The notes beneath the pieces were generated by a model. That model made no database searches and had not been told where the DNA came from. It was given only the letters and a program-made list of their open reading frames with translations. From contig JAEDCW010000001.1 of the NCBI GenBank assembly GCA_016293975.1, positions 24,069 through 88,068 on the forward strand: a stretch of DNA of 64,000 bases, given 5' to 3'. This document shows, piece after piece, positions 17,335-26,985 of the stretch. Origin of the DNA: Clostridia bacterium. GTDB lineage: Bacteria; Bacillota; Clostridia; Christensenellales; CAG-138. The position numbers and the translations under genes are program-made. Each line of letters opens with the position of its first letter. Positions within the stretch are counted from its first letter, which is position 1.

Positions 17335-19550
17335 GTGATTACAAGCTTACACCCGACAAGCCCATCGATATAGACGAAATACTCAAGGACCTCAAGGATT
17401 ACCGTCCCCGTCGCAGAGGTTGGACATGGCGCAAGCCCGTCGAGAATCTGCACATGGGTCCGTTTGAGTACCACGATTGTACAGAACCCCTCAAGAGCTC
17501 CGTGCCGCTTCCCCCCGCCCATTACTTCGACAATATCGACCCACAGCCCGGCCCCGTCATCACGACCGAGATAGCCTCGGGCAGATTTGAGGACGATATC
17601 AGAAGAATGCGCATGGCGGCACATCACGGCGCAGACCACATAATGGTAATAAGGACCGCAGGTCAGTCGCACTTTGACGGTCTTATCGAGGGTACTCCCC
17701 AAGGTATGGGCGGTGTTCCGATTACACGTAAGCAGGTTCGTGCTCAGCGTAAGGCACTCGACATGATAGAGGACGAAGTAGGTCGTCCCATAAACTACCA
17801 CAGCTACGTTTCAGGCGTTGCAGGCCCCGATATAGCCGTAATGTTTGCCGAAGAGGGCGTAAACGGCGTCCATCAGGACCCTCAGTACAACGTAATTTAC
17901 CGCAACATCAACATGGTGCGCTCATTCGTAGACGCCTGTGAGTCAAAGAAGCTCATAGCTTGGGCAAACATGGCTCAGATAGACGGTGCGCATAACGCTA
18001 ACGCGACGGCGCGCGAAGCGTGGAAGGTAATGCCCGAACTTATGGTTCAGCACGCCATAAACGCGATATTCTCCGCGAGAGTAGGCGTACCCAAGAAGAA
18101 CATCTGCCTCTCGACCGTACCCCCCACAGCTACACCCGCTCCCTGTGTATACATGGACCTTCCCTATGCAGTAGCACTCCGCGAGCTGTTCCACGAGTAC
18201 AGGATGCGCGCTCAGATGAACACCAAGTACATCGAGGCTTCAACGAGAGAAGCAACTGTCACTCATGTTCTCAACATGGTAATATCCAAGCTCACGAGCG
18301 CAGATATACAGTCGACAATCACCCCCGACGAGGGCAGAAATGTACCGTGGCACATTTACAATATAGAAGCTTGCGACACCGCAAAGCAGACACTCGTAGG
18401 TCTCGACGGACTTATGGAGATGGTCGAACTTAAGAAGGACGGTTATCTCAGAGACAAGTCGAGAGAACTCAAGGAGCGTGCAGTGCTCTTCATGGAAGAG
18501 ATGCTCGAGATGGGCGGCTACTTCAAGGCAGTTGAAGAAGGCTTCTTCGTCGATTCGGGTTGCTATCCCGAGAGAAACGGCGACGGCATAGTGAGAAAGA
18601 TCGACGGCGGCATAGGCGCAGGTACAATATTCAAGCGCGAGCCCGACTACATGGCTCCCGTAACCGCTCACTACGGCTACAACAATGTCGCTCAGTACGG
18701 CGAGCAGTACATCGACAACCCCGCGGCGCTTATAGGCGGTTGTACGCTCGAATGCCCCGACAAGATAGTCTACATAGACGAGCTTGACGAGGAGGACAAC
18801 GTAAACGTAAGAATGAGCGCTGCCTCAGACCACAAGCCCGGAAGCGACCTCATCCGTCCCGAGATGGAATGGCTCGCAGACGGTACGGTTATGCTCACGA
18901 TGTTCTTCCCGGCGAGCAAGCGCATTGCCGAGGCAGCGGCACTTGAAGTGGCTCACCGTATGAACCTTACAGAGTGTGAGGTCATAAACCGCGAGATAAT
19001 GCATAACCAAGAGGGCACGAGGATCGAAGTCAAGGGTAAAGTACCGTTCTCCGTGAGAGTAAGCGACCTCGTAATACCCGAGGAGCCCGAAGTCATGAGC
19101 GACGACGAGATTCGCAGTGAGATGGAGCGCAAGCCCATGCGTGTTGTCTGCGGCACAGTCGGTCAGGACGAACACTCCGTAGGTCTGCGCGAGATAATCG
19201 ACATAAAGCACGGCGGCATAGAGAAGTACGGCATCGAAGTACATTACCTCGGCACATCCGTCCCCCCGGAGAAGCTTGTCAACGCCGCAATAGAGCTCAA
19301 TGCCGACGCGATACTCGCTTCGACAATAATCAGCCACGACGACATACACTACAAGAACATCGAGAAGATCGATAGGCTTGCACGTGAGATGGGCGTCCGC
19401 GATAAGCTGATGTTCTGCGCAGGCGGCACTCAGGTAACCCCGGAGCTTGCAAGGACACACGGCGCAGACGAGGGCTTCGGCAGGGGCACAAAGGGCGTAC
19501 ACGTTGCGACATTCCTCGTAAGACGCAGACGTGAGCTCGAAGAGAAATAA
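17331..19550 (+). CDS. oraE: D-ornithine 4,5-aminomutase, E subunit (B12- and PLP-dependent)
   Basis: 739 aa. The C-terminal B12-binding Rossmann domain includes GQDEHSVGL. Confidence 0.9.
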   Translation: MSDYKLTPDKPIDIDEILKDLKDYRPRRRGWTWRKPVENLHMGPFEYHDCTEPLKSSVPLPPAHYFDNIDPQPGPVITTEIASGRFEDDIRRMRMAAHHGADHIMVIRTAGQSHFDGLIEGTPQGMGGVPITRKQVRAQRKALDMIEDEVGRPINYHSYVSGVAGPDIAVMFAEEGVNGVHQDPQYNVIYRNINMVRSFVDACESKKLIAWANMAQIDGAHNANATAREAWKVMPELMVQHAINAIFSARVGVPKKNICLSTVPPTATPAPCVYMDLPYAVALRELFHEYRMRAQMNTKYIEASTREATVTHVLNMVISKLTSADIQSTITPDEGRNVPWHIYNIEACDTAKQTLVGLDGLMEMVELKKDGYLRDKSRELKERAVLFMEEMLEMGGYFKAVEEGFFVDSGCYPERNGDGIVRKIDGGIGAGTIFKREPDYMAPVTAHYGYNNVAQYGEQYIDNPAALIGGCTLECPDKIVYIDELDEEDNVNVRMSAASDHKPGSDLIRPEMEWLADGTVMLTMFFPASKRIAEAAALEVAHRMNLTECEVINREIMHNQEGTRIEVKGKVPFSVRVSDLVIPEEPEVMSDDEIRSEMERKPMRVVCGTVGQDEHSVGLREIIDIKHGGIEKYGIEVHYLGTSVPPEKLVNAAIELNADAILASTIISHDDIHYKNIEKIDRLAREMGVRDKLMFCAGGTQVTPELARTHGADEGFGRGTKGVHVATFLVRRRRELEEK

Positions 19551-19560
19551 TCAACCGACT

Positions 19561-19588
19561 CAGGGGGCAAACAACCCCCTGTTCTTTT
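19561..19588 (+). terminator. Terminator-like hairpin inside the ornithine cluster
   Basis: CAGGGGG-CAAACAA-CCCCCTG followed by TTCTTTT. It ends 3 nt before the next start codon. Confidence 0.55.
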
Positions 19589-19591
19589 GAT

Positions 19592-20950
19592 ATGACAGTA
19601 GATATTCTTGTAGCGGAAATAGGTTCGACGACTACTCTCGTCAATGCTTTCTCGGGCATAGGCTCTTCCTCCCCCCGCTTTTGGGGTCAGGGGCAGGCGC
19701 CTACGTCCGTGCTTGTCGGCGATGTGACGATAGGTCTTTCGGGCGCAATCCGCGACCTTTCACAAAAACTCGGAGAAGAAATCAGTTATTCGGAGATGTT
19801 TGCGACGTCGAGTGCGGCAGGCGGACTTCGCATGAGCGTTCACGGACTCGTGTACGACATGACTGTCCGCGCAGCTCAGGCGGCGGCGCTCGGCGCAGGT
19901 GCGATAGTCCGAAACACGACGGCGGGAAAGCTGTCCGGCTATGACATCGAGGACCTTGTGCATGAAAACCCGAATCTCATAATGCTTGCAGGGGGCACGG
20001 ATTACGGCGAGAAGGCGACTGCCGTATTCAATGCGCGTGCAATCGCCGAATCGGGTCTCAAGACGCCCGTTATCTACGCTGGCAACATCCAATGCAGGCG
20101 CGAGATTGCAGACATATTTAAACAAGCCGGCATACCCTTCTACATGACAGAAAACGTCTACCCGAAGCTCGATATGATTAACATCGAGCCTGCGAGGAAG
20201 ATAATACACGCGGCGTTTGAAGAGCATATTGTCAAGGCTCCCAATATGGAGCATATCCGCGACATGGTGCAGGGCAATATAATCCCCACTCCGGGCGCCG
20301 TAATGGAGGCTTCTCAGCTTCTTTATGCCGAAATAGGCGATCTCGTTGTCGTGGATATAGGCGGCGCTACGACCGACGTGCATTCGGTGACTCCCGGCTC
20401 CGATGAAATCGCGTCTATACAGACATCCCCCGAGCCTATGGCAAAGCGCACCGTCGAGGGCGACCTCGGTTTGTATGTAAACGCCCATAACCTCGTTGAG
20501 ATGATAGGGCGGGACAAGCTCACAAACGAACTCGGTATAGACGTGGATGTCTGCATGGCTAACTATAAGCCCATACCTAAGACGTCCGAGCAAGTTAGAC
20601 TCACATCGAGGCTTTGCGTTGAAGCCGGCATAACCGCGATATCGAGACATGCGGGTGCGCTGAGGCACATCTATTCCCCTCAGGGCAGGCAGACTATCGC
20701 AGAGGGCAAGGACCTTACCAAAATCAGCTATATCGTCGGTACGGGCGGAGCGCTCACAAGGCTTCCCGAAAGAGAGCGCTTGCTCAGGCAAATAGCCGAC
20801 TGCAACAAGCACGGCATGATGCTATTCCCCAAACCGGGCGAGCTTAAGCTCCTGTTTGACGACGATTACACAATGGCTTCCCTTGGGGTGTTGGGCAAAC
20901 GCTTCCCCGAGGACGCCGTAAACCTCATGAGGCAGAGCCTCAAAATATGA
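19592..20950 (+). CDS. GlmL/MutL-like ASKHA-fold protein (putative aminomutase reactivase)
   Basis: 452 aa. The N-terminal LVAEIGSTTT and internal VVDIGGATTD phosphate-binding motifs match glutamate-mutase component L. No SD precedes the ATG. Confidence 0.7.
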   Translation: MTVDILVAEIGSTTTLVNAFSGIGSSSPRFWGQGQAPTSVLVGDVTIGLSGAIRDLSQKLGEEISYSEMFATSSAAGGLRMSVHGLVYDMTVRAAQAAALGAGAIVRNTTAGKLSGYDIEDLVHENPNLIMLAGGTDYGEKATAVFNARAIAESGLKTPVIYAGNIQCRREIADIFKQAGIPFYMTENVYPKLDMINIEPARKIIHAAFEEHIVKAPNMEHIRDMVQGNIIPTPGAVMEASQLLYAEIGDLVVVDIGGATTDVHSVTPGSDEIASIQTSPEPMAKRTVEGDLGLYVNAHNLVEMIGRDKLTNELGIDVDVCMANYKPIPKTSEQVRLTSRLCVEAGITAISRHAGALRHIYSPQGRQTIAEGKDLTKISYIVGTGGALTRLPERERLLRQIADCNKHGMMLFPKPGELKLLFDDDYTMASLGVLGKRFPEDAVNLMRQSLKI

Positions 20951-22041
20951 CGGGAGGACGTATGTACCCAAGAGTAGTTATTAATCTCGATGCGCTCAAA
21001 GCCAATCTCGACAAGCTCAATGAGCTGTGCCACTCCCAGTCGCTCACCACGGCGATAGTCACAAAGGTATTCTGTGCGGACGAAAAAATAACCGAGCTCA
21101 TCGAAAACAGCGATGCGGATATGTTCGCGGATTCGAGGCTTGAAAACTTGGAAGCGATACACACCTCAAAGCCTAAGTTGCTGCTCCGAATCGGTATGCG
21201 ATCCGAGGCAGAGAGGATTGTACAAAGCTGCGACATTAGCATGCAGTCCGAGCTTTCCACGGTGTTTGAATTAAACCAAGCCGCAAAGAAATTGGGCAAA
21301 ATGCATAAATGTGTGCTTATGATAGACTTGGGCGACTTGCGCGAGGGCATTTTCTTTAAGAATCGCGACGAGATAATCGAAACCGCAAGGCAAATACACG
21401 CCTGCTCGAATATCGAGCTGTTCGGAATAGGCACAAACCTCACCTGTTACGGCGGAATACTTCCCGACAATGAAAACCTAGGAGTTTTGTCTGAATTAGC
21501 AGATAGCATATCGAATACACTCGGCATAAAGCTGTCGATGGTATCGGGCGGAAACAGCAGCACTATGACAATGCTCAGTGAAAAGCGCGTACCTGCGGGC
21601 ATTACAAATCTGCGTCTCGGCGAATCGTTTGTGCTCGGCAACGACACGTCCACCGGAGACCCCATGGAGGGCTTTGCCACGGATTCATTCATACTCGAGG
21701 CGGAGATAGTCGAACTCAAACGCAAGCCGAGCAAGCCCATAGGCAAGTGCGGTCCCAACGCGTTCGGCGAGTATCCCGTATTCGAAGACAAGGGCGAGAT
21801 GGTGCGCGCCATTTGCGCAGTGGGCAGACAAGACACCGACCCTGATTCACTCACACCCGTTGATGATAATATATCTATCGTGGGCAGCAGTTCAGACCAT
21901 TTAATTGTTGACTTAACACAAGCTCACAGATACAATGTAGGCGATGTAATCCGCTTTACGCCCGGTTATGGAGCATTGCTCAGAATGTTTACCAGCCGAT
22001 ATGTGAAGCGCGTATATACAAGTAACCAAAACAAAAAATAA
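20947..22041 (+). CDS. orr: Ornithine racemase (PLP-dependent, alanine-racemase fold)
   Basis: 364 aa with the Lys segment AIVTKVF and an Ala_racemase_N-like fold. It is the last core gene of the cluster. An alternative ATG at 20962 follows GGGAGGA. Confidence 0.7.
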   Translation: MTGGRMYPRVVINLDALKANLDKLNELCHSQSLTTAIVTKVFCADEKITELIENSDADMFADSRLENLEAIHTSKPKLLLRIGMRSEAERIVQSCDISMQSELSTVFELNQAAKKLGKMHKCVLMIDLGDLREGIFFKNRDEIIETARQIHACSNIELFGIGTNLTCYGGILPDNENLGVLSELADSISNTLGIKLSMVSGGNSSTMTMLSEKRVPAGITNLRLGESFVLGNDTSTGDPMEGFATDSFILEAEIVELKRKPSKPIGKCGPNAFGEYPVFEDKGEMVRAICAVGRQDTDPDSLTPVDDNISIVGSSSDHLIVDLTQAHRYNVGDVIRFTPGYGALLRMFTSRYVKRVYTSNQNKK

Positions 22042-22066
22042 AACAAACACTTAAGGAGTACCGCTT

Positions 22067-23056
22067 ATGCCAGTAAATCTCAAGGGTCGTCATCTCCTGA
22101 CACTCAAGGACTTCACACCTGAAGAAATTCGTTACATGCTCGACCTCGCACACGAGCTCAAGACCAAGAAGCGTCTTGGCATCCGCAATAAGATGCTCGA
22201 GGGTAAGAACATAGTACTGCTCTTCGACAAGACGTCGACACGCACCCGCTGCGCTTTCGAGGTTGCCGCATTTGATGAAGGTGCACAGGTAACATTCCTT
22301 TCAAACAGCCAGATGGGTAAAAAGGAGTCTCTCGAGGACACCGCAAAGGTGCTCGGCCGCTTCTATGACGGCATTGAGTATCGCGGCTTCAAGCAGGAAG
22401 TTGTAGAGCTTCTGGCAAAGCACGCAGGCGTACCCGTATGGAATGGCCTCACCGATATGTATCACCCCACACAGATACTTGCCGACTTCATGACGATTGA
22501 AGAGCACGTACATAAGCCCATTAACAAGGTCAAGCTCGTGTATGTCGGTGACGCAAGAAACAACATGGGTAACTCACTTATGATCGGTGCCGCAAAGATG
22601 GGCATGACATTCGTAGGTATCGCACCCAAGTCGCTCTTCCCCGACCCCGCACTCGTAGCAGAGATGCAGGAAGTCGCAAAGGAGACAGGCGCAAGCATCA
22701 GCTTCTCAGAAGATATCGCAGCAGTTGAAAGCGCAGACGCCATCTACACAGACGTCTGGGTATCCATGGGCGAAGAGGCTCAGTTTGAAGAGCGTATCCG
22801 CCTGCTTACGCCCTACCGCGTAACAATGGATATGATGAAGATGACACACAACGATAACGTCATTTTCCTGCACTGCCTCCCCTCATTCCACGACCTCGAG
22901 ACATCGGTCGGCCGTGACATCTACGAGAAGTTCGGCATCACAGAGATGGAAGTAACTGACGAGGTATTCCGCTCCAAGTACTCAAAGGTGTTTGACGAAG
23001 CAGAGAACCGCATGCATACGATAAAGGCCGTCATGGTAGCTACCATAGGCCGCTAA
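22067..23056 (+). CDS. argF: Ornithine carbamoyltransferase
   Basis: STRTRCAFE carbamoyl-phosphate motif, HPTQ, and HCLPSF. Confidence 0.9.
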   Translation: MPVNLKGRHLLTLKDFTPEEIRYMLDLAHELKTKKRLGIRNKMLEGKNIVLLFDKTSTRTRCAFEVAAFDEGAQVTFLSNSQMGKKESLEDTAKVLGRFYDGIEYRGFKQEVVELLAKHAGVPVWNGLTDMYHPTQILADFMTIEEHVHKPINKVKLVYVGDARNNMGNSLMIGAAKMGMTFVGIAPKSLFPDPALVAEMQEVAKETGASISFSEDIAAVESADAIYTDVWVSMGEEAQFEERIRLLTPYRVTMDMMKMTHNDNVIFLHCLPSFHDLETSVGRDIYEKFGITEMEVTDEVFRSKYSKVFDEAENRMHTIKAVMVATIGR

Positions 23057-23076
23057 GTTTTCAGAAAAGAATCATC

Positions 23077-23111
23077 GGCTCCGCGCTCACTAAAAACGTG
23101 CGGAGCCTTTT
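23077..23111 (+). terminator. Intrinsic terminator after argF
   Basis: GGCTCCGC-N15-GCGGAGCC, then TTTT. It ends 1 nt before the alr SD. Confidence 0.65.
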
Positions 23112-23121
23112 CGGAGGAAAA

Positions 23122-24252
23122 ATGCGTCAGGTGGATGACAATGCCCGAACTTGGGCGGAAATAGACTTATCTGCACTCAAGCACAACCTTGACATTGCAA
23201 GGAATACGGGTAAGCGCGTCATGTGCGTCATAAAGGCGAACGCCTATGGACACGGCGCGATAAAATGCGGTCTGTTCCTGGAAAAAAACGGTGCGGACGC
23301 TTTCGCAGTAGCGTGTCTCAGCGCGGCAATAGATTTGAGGGAAGCGGGAATAACTCTCCCGATACTGGTTTTGGGTAACACCCCTGCCTCATATGCCGAT
23401 TTGCTAGCACACTACAGAATCACACAGACACTCACTGATTTTGACTACGCATGCGGGCTCTCAAGTGAGGCGGTGCGCCAAAATATAGTGGTAGAGTCGC
23501 ATATTAAAATAGATACCGGCATGAGCAGAAGCGGGATACTCGCGCAGAATGCGGCAGAAATCGCCTCTGCAGTCAAATACGCCGAAGAGATGTGCAATTT
23601 GCCCGGGCTGAATGTGACGGGCATGTACACGCACCTCTGCGTCGCAGATACGCCGTCGGAGATTGAATTTACAAAAGCCCAGACCGATAGCTTTCTCGCA
23701 GTCAGAGAAGGTCTGCGTTCGCGCGGCATCGATAATCTCACATGCCACATAGGCAACAGCGCCGCCATTATGAACAACAACACGGAGCTTTGCGACATGG
23801 TGCGCGAGGGGATAATGCTCTACGGATTGTATCCTGACAGTATGCACAGAGAAAGTGGAGACCTAAGACCCGCAATGACATTAAAATCAAAGGTCGTGCA
23901 GCTCAAGACTGTGCCTGCAGGTGCGACTGTGGGCTATGGCAGGACGTTTGCAGCAGAGCGCGATACAAAAGTCGCAATAGTTGCCGCAGGGTACGCCGAC
24001 GGGTATCCGAGAAGGCTTTCGAATCAGGCGTATGTACTGATAAACGGCAAGCGCTATGCGCAAATCGGCAGAGTCTGCATGGATGTTATTATGGTCGATG
24101 TGACGGACTCAGACGTTGCTTTGGGCGATGAAGTCGTGCTTTTCGGTGGCAGTGGAATGAGCATTGAGGAAGTTGCCCAAATTGTGGGAACGATAAATTA
24201 CGAGATAGCTTCCCTTGTCACGCCCAGAGCCACAAAGGTATACAAATACTAG
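23122..24252 (+). CDS. alr: Alanine racemase
   Basis: VIKANAYGHGA PLP-lysine motif. The ATG at 23122 lies 4 nt after GGAGG. The upstream GTG at 23098 lies inside the terminator stem. Confidence 0.9.
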   Translation: MRQVDDNARTWAEIDLSALKHNLDIARNTGKRVMCVIKANAYGHGAIKCGLFLEKNGADAFAVACLSAAIDLREAGITLPILVLGNTPASYADLLAHYRITQTLTDFDYACGLSSEAVRQNIVVESHIKIDTGMSRSGILAQNAAEIASAVKYAEEMCNLPGLNVTGMYTHLCVADTPSEIEFTKAQTDSFLAVREGLRSRGIDNLTCHIGNSAAIMNNNTELCDMVREGIMLYGLYPDSMHRESGDLRPAMTLKSKVVQLKTVPAGATVGYGRTFAAERDTKVAIVAAGYADGYPRRLSNQAYVLINGKRYAQIGRVCMDVIMVDVTDSDVALGDEVVLFGGSGMSIEEVAQIVGTINYEIASLVTPRATKVYKY

Positions 24253-24266
24253 CGCCAATATAAACT

Positions 24267-24290
24267 AAGTCCGCATTTGTGGGCTTTTTT
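24267..24290 (+). terminator. Intrinsic terminator after alr
   Basis: AAGUCCGC / GUGGGCUU stem (two G-U pairs), then T6. Confidence 0.6.
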
Positions 24291-24371
24291 AATTGTGACA
24301 ATGTTGCAACAACTTATGTTTTTGCGTTCAATGCGGCTCCAAATGCATTATAATACCGCAGAGAGGTTAAT

Positions 24372-26321
24372 ATGCAGACAGCATACCACAATTCGAGACA
24401 AAGTAAATACCGCGCCCCTTTCGGTGCAGTAAAAACGAGCGACAAGTTCAGGCTGTCGCTTTCGGTTTCGGATGAACTGAACTCGCAGCTCACATCGGTC
24501 AAGCTGAGAATTTGGATATATGACAGTGAAAGACTTATAGACCCCATTGCCGTTACGCAAGACGGCGACGGTATGCTGTACAGCTTTGAGCTCACCGCTC
24601 CGGAAGAGCCACTGCTCATATGGTATTGCTTTATACTGAAAACTCCGTCGCGCACACTGTACTACGGCGGCGACAGCGGAGAGGGAAGCCTTACCGATTA
24701 CTTTCCGCCGTGCTTCCGTATAACAGTTTACAGCTGGGCGTACACCACTCCCGATTGGTTCAAGAAGGGAATAATCTACCAGATATTCCCCGACAGGTTT
24801 TATAAAAGCGGATACGATACCGTAAAAGCCGGCGCTAATTACCACGCGTCGCTCGGCAGACCTGTCGTAGTGCATGAGAGTTGGAGCGAAAAGCCGCTGT
24901 ACAGACCACTGCCCGGCGAGGTTTACTACAACCCCTGCGATTTTTTTGGAGGCAACTTGCAGGGCATACGTGAAAGGCTCCCCATGCTTGCGGATTTGGG
25001 TGTAAACTGCATATACCTAAACCCTGTAGTCGAATCCCCGAGCAACCACAGATACAATGCCTCCGACTATATGCGCATCGACCCCTTTTTGGGAGACGAC
25101 AATGCGCTCCGTGAGCTTGCAGGCGATGCACGCAAATACGGCATACGCATAATGCTTGACGGCGTTTTCTCTCACACGGGTGACGACAGCGTATACTTCA
25201 ACAAGCGAGGTACATATCCTTCATTGGGGGCGTATCAGTCGCAGGACTCGCCGTATTACAGTTGGTACGATTTCGAGGCCTTCCCCGACAAATATAAGTG
25301 CTGGTGGGGCTTTGAAACGCTTCCCGAGACAAACGAGCTCGATAGCGATTATTCGGAATTCGTGCTTTCGGTATTGGATCACTACGCATCATTGGGAATC
25401 TACTCATGGCGGCTTGATGTCGCAGATGAGCTCCCCGACGAGTTTATAAAAAAGCTACGCAGGCGCATAAAGCAAAATGATCCCGACGGCATACTCTTGG
25501 GAGAAGTCTGGGAGGACGCGATCACAAAGCGCGACGGCTTCGGAAACTGGCGCGGTTATGCCCACGGAGACGAGCTCGACAGCTGTATGGGCTATCCGTT
25601 TCGTCAGGCGGTCGTAGACTACCTCACGGGTGTATGTGACGCAAGAGGGCTTCTCGAAAGGCTCGGCGCCATTTGTGAGAGCTATCCCGAACCATTCCTT
25701 ATGGCGCAGATGAATCTGCTGAGTTCGCATGACACTCAGAGAATACTTTCCGTGCTCGGTGGCTGTCCTCACAGGGATGCTTTGACGCGGGATGAGCAGG
25801 CGGAGTTTACACTGCCGGACGATGCTGTGAAGCTCGCAAAACGCCGTTTCGTGCTTGCAACTATAATACAGATGACATTTGTAGGCGTCCCGAGCCTGTA
25901 TTACGGCGACGAAGCGGGAATGTGCGGACTTGCGGATCCGTTCTGCAGGGGAACATACCCGTGGGGAAAAGAGGATACGCAACTCTATGAGAGCATCAGG
26001 CGTCTCACGCGCGCAAGGTGCGAAAATACTTCGCTGATGTTCGGAGGCATCACAATGTGTGCGTTGAGTGAAAGCGTAATCGCGATTCGCAGAGCCTGGG
26101 GCGATTCACAGGCGATTGCCGTAGTAAACGGACGAGACTGTGAAGCAAATATTTCACTTTGCGCTTCCGATTTCAATGAGCTTGCCGGAGCAGACGATTG
26201 CTGTATCGCCGGATGCTATGAGGACGTGCTGACAGACGGCACGTTCGATGCAAATAACGGTGTGTTAAATTTGACGCTTTCCCCGTATGAGGGCGCGCTT
26301 TTGATAAAAAGGAGAAAATAA
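24372..26321 (+). CDS. Glycoside hydrolase family 13 (neopullulanase / cyclomaltodextrinase-like, intracellular)
   Basis: GH13 regions I-IV: DGVFSHTG, WRLDVADEL, LGEVWED, LLSSHDTQR. An N-terminal E-set-like domain is present. No signal peptide. Confidence 0.85.
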   Translation: MQTAYHNSRQSKYRAPFGAVKTSDKFRLSLSVSDELNSQLTSVKLRIWIYDSERLIDPIAVTQDGDGMLYSFELTAPEEPLLIWYCFILKTPSRTLYYGGDSGEGSLTDYFPPCFRITVYSWAYTTPDWFKKGIIYQIFPDRFYKSGYDTVKAGANYHASLGRPVVVHESWSEKPLYRPLPGEVYYNPCDFFGGNLQGIRERLPMLADLGVNCIYLNPVVESPSNHRYNASDYMRIDPFLGDDNALRELAGDARKYGIRIMLDGVFSHTGDDSVYFNKRGTYPSLGAYQSQDSPYYSWYDFEAFPDKYKCWWGFETLPETNELDSDYSEFVLSVLDHYASLGIYSWRLDVADELPDEFIKKLRRRIKQNDPDGILLGEVWEDAITKRDGFGNWRGYAHGDELDSCMGYPFRQAVVDYLTGVCDARGLLERLGAICESYPEPFLMAQMNLLSSHDTQRILSVLGGCPHRDALTRDEQAEFTLPDDAVKLAKRRFVLATIIQMTFVGVPSLYYGDEAGMCGLADPFCRGTYPWGKEDTQLYESIRRLTRARCENTSLMFGGITMCALSESVIAIRRAWGDSQAIAVVNGRDCEANISLCASDFNELAGADDCCIAGCYEDVLTDGTFDANNGVLNLTLSPYEGALLIKRRK

Positions 26322-26713
26322 TGAGAGGGTCTTACGGTTTAGACAAACTTAACTGGGCAATGCTAATTACCGGTGGCGTGTTCACGATTCTCGCGCTCGT
26401 GTTTGCGAGTTCGGCAAATCCCGTGCTTTACTGGGTTTTCTTCGGTATTTCCTGCGTGTTTCTGGTGTTGGTCTGTCTGCGTATGTTTTCAAAGAATAAG
26501 GCGAAGAGGGCTCAGGAGACGAGGAGCTTTGAGGCATTCTTCGCAAAGCTCAAAAAGACGCTTATACCAAGCGCCGCAACTATCGAGGAGCACAAAAACT
26601 ATCGGTTTTTTGCCTGTCCGCAGTGCTTGCAAAGACTCAGAGTGCCGCGCGGCAAGGGCAAAATACGAATCACTTGCGTAAGATGCGGGCATAAGTTTGT
26701 CAAGCGCACATAA
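26321..26713 (+). CDS. Membrane protein with a C-terminal zinc-ribbon
   Basis: Two TM helices, then CPQC..N14..CVRC. The start overlaps the GH13 stop (TAATG). Confidence 0.55.
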   Translation: MRGSYGLDKLNWAMLITGGVFTILALVFASSANPVLYWVFFGISCVFLVLVCLRMFSKNKAKRAQETRSFEAFFAKLKKTLIPSAATIEEHKNYRFFACPQCLQRLRVPRGKGKIRITCVRCGHKFVKRT

Positions 26714-26718
26714 TCCAC

Positions 26719-26746
26719 TTGACAGAGTTCGATTTGGCATTAAAAT
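26719..26746 (+). promoter_or_regulatory. Candidate sigma-A promoter of DUF1858-queT
   Basis: TTGACA-N16-TAAAAT. Confidence 0.55.
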
Positions 26747-26780
26747 ATAATTGCTATAGGTATTATTGACGGAGGTTATT

Positions 26781-26978
26781 ATGGTTAACAAGAACATGAA
26801 CATAATGGAGATACTGCAGATAGATGAAGCCATCGCAGGAATTCTCATGGACGCAGGTATGCATTGCCTCGGTTGCGTGATGGCGCACTCGGAGGATCTC
26901 GAACAGGCTTGCGCAGTACACGGCATTGACGCAGATAAGCTCGTAGATAAGATCAACGCCTACCTCGAAGCAAAGTAA
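26781..26978 (+). CDS. DUF1858 protein (hybrid-cluster-protein-associated redox disulfide domain)
   Basis: 65 aa. GMHCLGCVMAHSEDLEQACAVHGID matches the DUF1858 CxxC core. The ATG at 26781 lies 6 nt after GGAGG. Confidence 0.7.
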   Translation: MVNKNMNIMEILQIDEAIAGILMDAGMHCLGCVMAHSEDLEQACAVHGIDADKLVDKINAYLEAK

Positions 26979-26985
26979 ATCGCAG

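Noticed and set aside
19760-20812. 350-aa ORF antisense to the glmL-like gene. Similar long antisense ORFs lie at 50741-51904 (387 aa), 40971-41798 (275 aa), 57586-58347, 58130-58912, 16316-17002 and 18825-19502.
   Set aside because: Each lies fully inside a well-supported gene on the other strand. They lack SD sites and have Arg/Cys/His-rich, low-plausibility composition. They are the expected by-product of codon bias in GC-moderate coding DNA.
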